Notes under the pieces: model-generated
Told to the model about the DNA's origin: nothing
The model's input: the letters and a program-made list of their open reading frames with translations, nothing else
Database searches by the model: none
Made by a program: the position numbers and the translations under genes
Shown: piece by piece, positions 61,548-64,000 of the stretch
Layout of the letters: each line of letters begins with the position of its first letter
How positions within the stretch are numbered: the first letter of the stretch is position 1
DNA from: Babesia bigemina
Taxonomy: Eukaryota
Length of the DNA: 64,000 bases
Direction: 5' to 3'
Assembly: GCF_000981445.1 (NCBI RefSeq)
Contig: NC_027218.1
Span: 186,001-250,000 of the forward strand

Positions 61548-62144
61548 TCACTTGGGCACAGCCTTGAGCTTCTTCCTCTGCCTTTTATACCACCCTTTCG
61601 ATCCGGATGTCTTCTCCGCTTGTATTTCCCGGTATTTTTTCTTTGTCCACGTCTGGTCGGATGCCAGCGTCTCAGAAAGCACAGAAACTCCCCTGCTTCG
61701 CCTGGAGTTTGCCGCCCCAACGGCCTGTGATTCTTCTCCAGACCCGGCCTTTACTCCTGACGATCCCGTTAGGATCCCTACTTGGTAACGCCGCGGAAGG
61801 GACTCCATCTTTCCACTCTTGCTACCCTTGTAGAATTTCTTAGGGTCCATGAAGCCCCTTAACTGTATGGCCCTCCATTCACGTTCATCCTGAACCGTGG
61901 GTTCACGTTCGGTTAGAGGGTTCCACTTTTGTTCTACCTCCTTGCGTAACTCGCCTTGCGTTCTTGCTTTTTCGGCAACTGGCTCTGTTGACAATGCATC
62001 ACCTGGAGCCAACGCATTTATGAGACTCAGATTTGTCTCCTCTTGTGTTACATCACCTGTAGCGCTCGTTGGATGGAGTTTGCGCACTATGTTTGAAAAT
62101 GTTCCAGCATAAGTGCTAAGAGCAGTTTCTGCATCATCAGCCAT
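61548..62144 (-). CDS. FCF2: Fcf2 pre-rRNA processing protein
   Basis: REWRAIQLRGFMDPKKFYK..LPRRYQVG..KKKYREIQ..KTSG.K.WY. Confidence 0.9.
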   Translation of the reverse strand: MADDAETALSTYAGTFSNIVRKLHPTSATGDVTQEETNLSLINALAPGDALSTEPVAEKARTQGELRKEVEQKWNPLTEREPTVQDEREWRAIQLRGFMDPKKFYKGSKSGKMESLPRRYQVGILTGSSGVKAGSGEESQAVGAANSRRSRGVSVLSETLASDQTWTKKKYREIQAEKTSGSKGWYKRQRKKLKAVPK

Positions 62145-62565
62145 GTTTTACTGATTCGTGGTTACAAATTGCAGACACTAACGCAAATATCGTCCGTGGT
62201 TCGCCCACATTATTCGTGTTTTGCCGATATTACAACTGACATAGGAACGCGATTCTTATTTCTGTATCAGATCTAAATATGAAAACAATACATGGAGTGG
62301 AAGTACTTGTTGTATGTTGCGGGACTCACCGCAGCCTTGGCGAACTAAGGTCCGCCGTATACGTGCCGTCGGCGGCTATTATAGGAACATTGAACCTCTG
62401 GACCATATATTTAGAAATTTAACATTATTCCGGTGTGTAGATGTAGTCTAAAACAGTGATGACGTATATCTGTGTTTCTTATTTCCTACCTATGGTATAT
62501 AACCTGACAAAACGACATCGCAGAAGTGTGTACCGCTGTTGAACTTACAAAGACAACACATCGCA

Positions 62566-64000
62566 ATGTCCCATGTGCAAAATCGGTCTCTTAGATGCGT
62601 CTTCCTGACATGTTTTGCCTACATTACAGCGTCGGTTCTTTTGGCGGAGGCGGATCTTCCCATTCACGCATTGACTGTAAGTTAACCGCGACCTAATGGA
62701 ACATTATTAGTACACCTGTGCTGCTTCCATGCCTTTAATTAACCAATGTGTATGCTTTGTTAAGTACACATTTGGCTCAGAGCGATGTTCTAGGCATATG
62801 GCGTATCTTAGAAACTGAAACCTTTCACGATGAGCCACAAACATGCGGTGGATCACTACCTAATCGCAACTTGGATAATTTGAAGCTTGGAGATTATAGG
62901 CGTTATCTACAGGCTAGATATGGTGGCCTTCGTGAGACTGTAGTCGAGCTGGTTGATGAGCGCCATTACCGAAGGAGCGAACTTCCTCCTAGGAATCAAT
63001 GGCGTTACTTAGGCGTACGCGATCCTGCATCTGGACACGGCTTTATAGGACAGTGGTGCGTTGTTAACTTTTCGATGTGTAATTGGTTTCAGGACTTTGG
63101 TCTATGATGAAGGTCTCGACATAGATATTGGCCCCAGCCGTTACTTCGGATTTTTCAAGTACGTAAAGATCGATAATAATGATTGCCCTATGGTGTTGGA
63201 AGGTATGGTAAATCTCAAACATATCACATAAATGGCAGGAAGCCAAGAGGATTCCCACGGCAATGTGCAGTGTTACAGGACAACAGCGTCTGAAATTGGC
63301 ATTGGTTGGGCCACTAGGAAGGTGTTTAAGAACGGAAAACCAGCATTTACTTATGGTTGCTTCTATGCCGAAAAGGTTAAAGACGACAAACGCCATTCGT
63401 ATGTGCTGGATGAGTCCTCCAATGCAGTTTTACGAAACGAGAAACACAGGTAACATCTCCTATATTAGATGACACGATTCATACAGTATCAACAAATGGG
63501 TGAAAAGGGATTACGCGGAATTCCGAGATTTGTCTCCCTTTCGATTCTTGCAACTGCACAAGGGTACTTACTTTAAGAGCATACATCATTCTCATTTATC
63601 CGAATATCGGACATCCGATACCCATTTTGCCAATCGATTTATGCAGAAAGGTATATTTATTCCATAATCACTCACATTTCGTGTAAGGGGCACATGGCAA
63701 ATATGCGTGCAAAGCTGTAGCTGACGCTGCCGACTACTACGGTGAGATGGAACTACCACGTCACTGGTCATGGGGCGACTCTTTCTCCGGCGAAACAGAT
63801 ATAATCCAACCTTTCAGTCAAGGTGAGTTATATGAAATATTCTTACATGCCCACTAATAGGTCAATGTGGGAGCTGTTATGCAATGGCATCCATATATGT
63901 GCTGGCTAGGCGCTTCGATATTCTACTCCGTAAGCTCTACCCGGAAACCAATTGGGAACATACTGCGCGACCCTCGGTGCGCGATATTGTGGAATGCTCT
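62566..64000 (+). CDS. Dipeptidyl aminopeptidase / cathepsin C (DPAP), multi-exon, truncated by the window edge
   Basis: Signal peptide then ADLPIHAL; exclusion-domain motifs LGIWRI..TCGG..PN, W|TLVYDEG..YFGFFKY and GCFYAEK; LPRHWSWGD and catalytic Q|GQCGSCYA at about 63861. Confidence 0.92.

Overview
Eukaryotic, intron-rich DNA with short GT-AG introns (mostly about 25-50 nt) from a piroplasm, most likely Babesia sensu stricto (B. ovata/bigemina-like, inferred from the ves-family termini). Compact housekeeping blocks encode a RanBP2 zinc-finger protein, FEN1, DPH4, an atypical kinase, RPP30, an FAD monooxygenase, actin, PIG-S, an FKBP-TPR-cyclophilin fusion, an OB-fold protein, a VHS/GAT/adaptin-ear adaptor (KIC4/KAE candidate), Vps54, Rpt6, a THUMP protein, a PPM phosphatase, THO2, Fcf2 and a cathepsin C/DPAP cut by the window edge. 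They are interrupted by a tandem pair of large ves1-like variant surface antigen genes (12.3-22.1 kb) and an orphan short ves-like gene with a 27-bp tandem repeat (45.6-47.0 kb). The strongest unexplained signal is a densely base-paired non-coding segment (about 50070-50810) downstream of Rpt6, whose G-U pairs point to a minus-strand structured RNA. All family calls come from motif recognition by eye; no searches were run.
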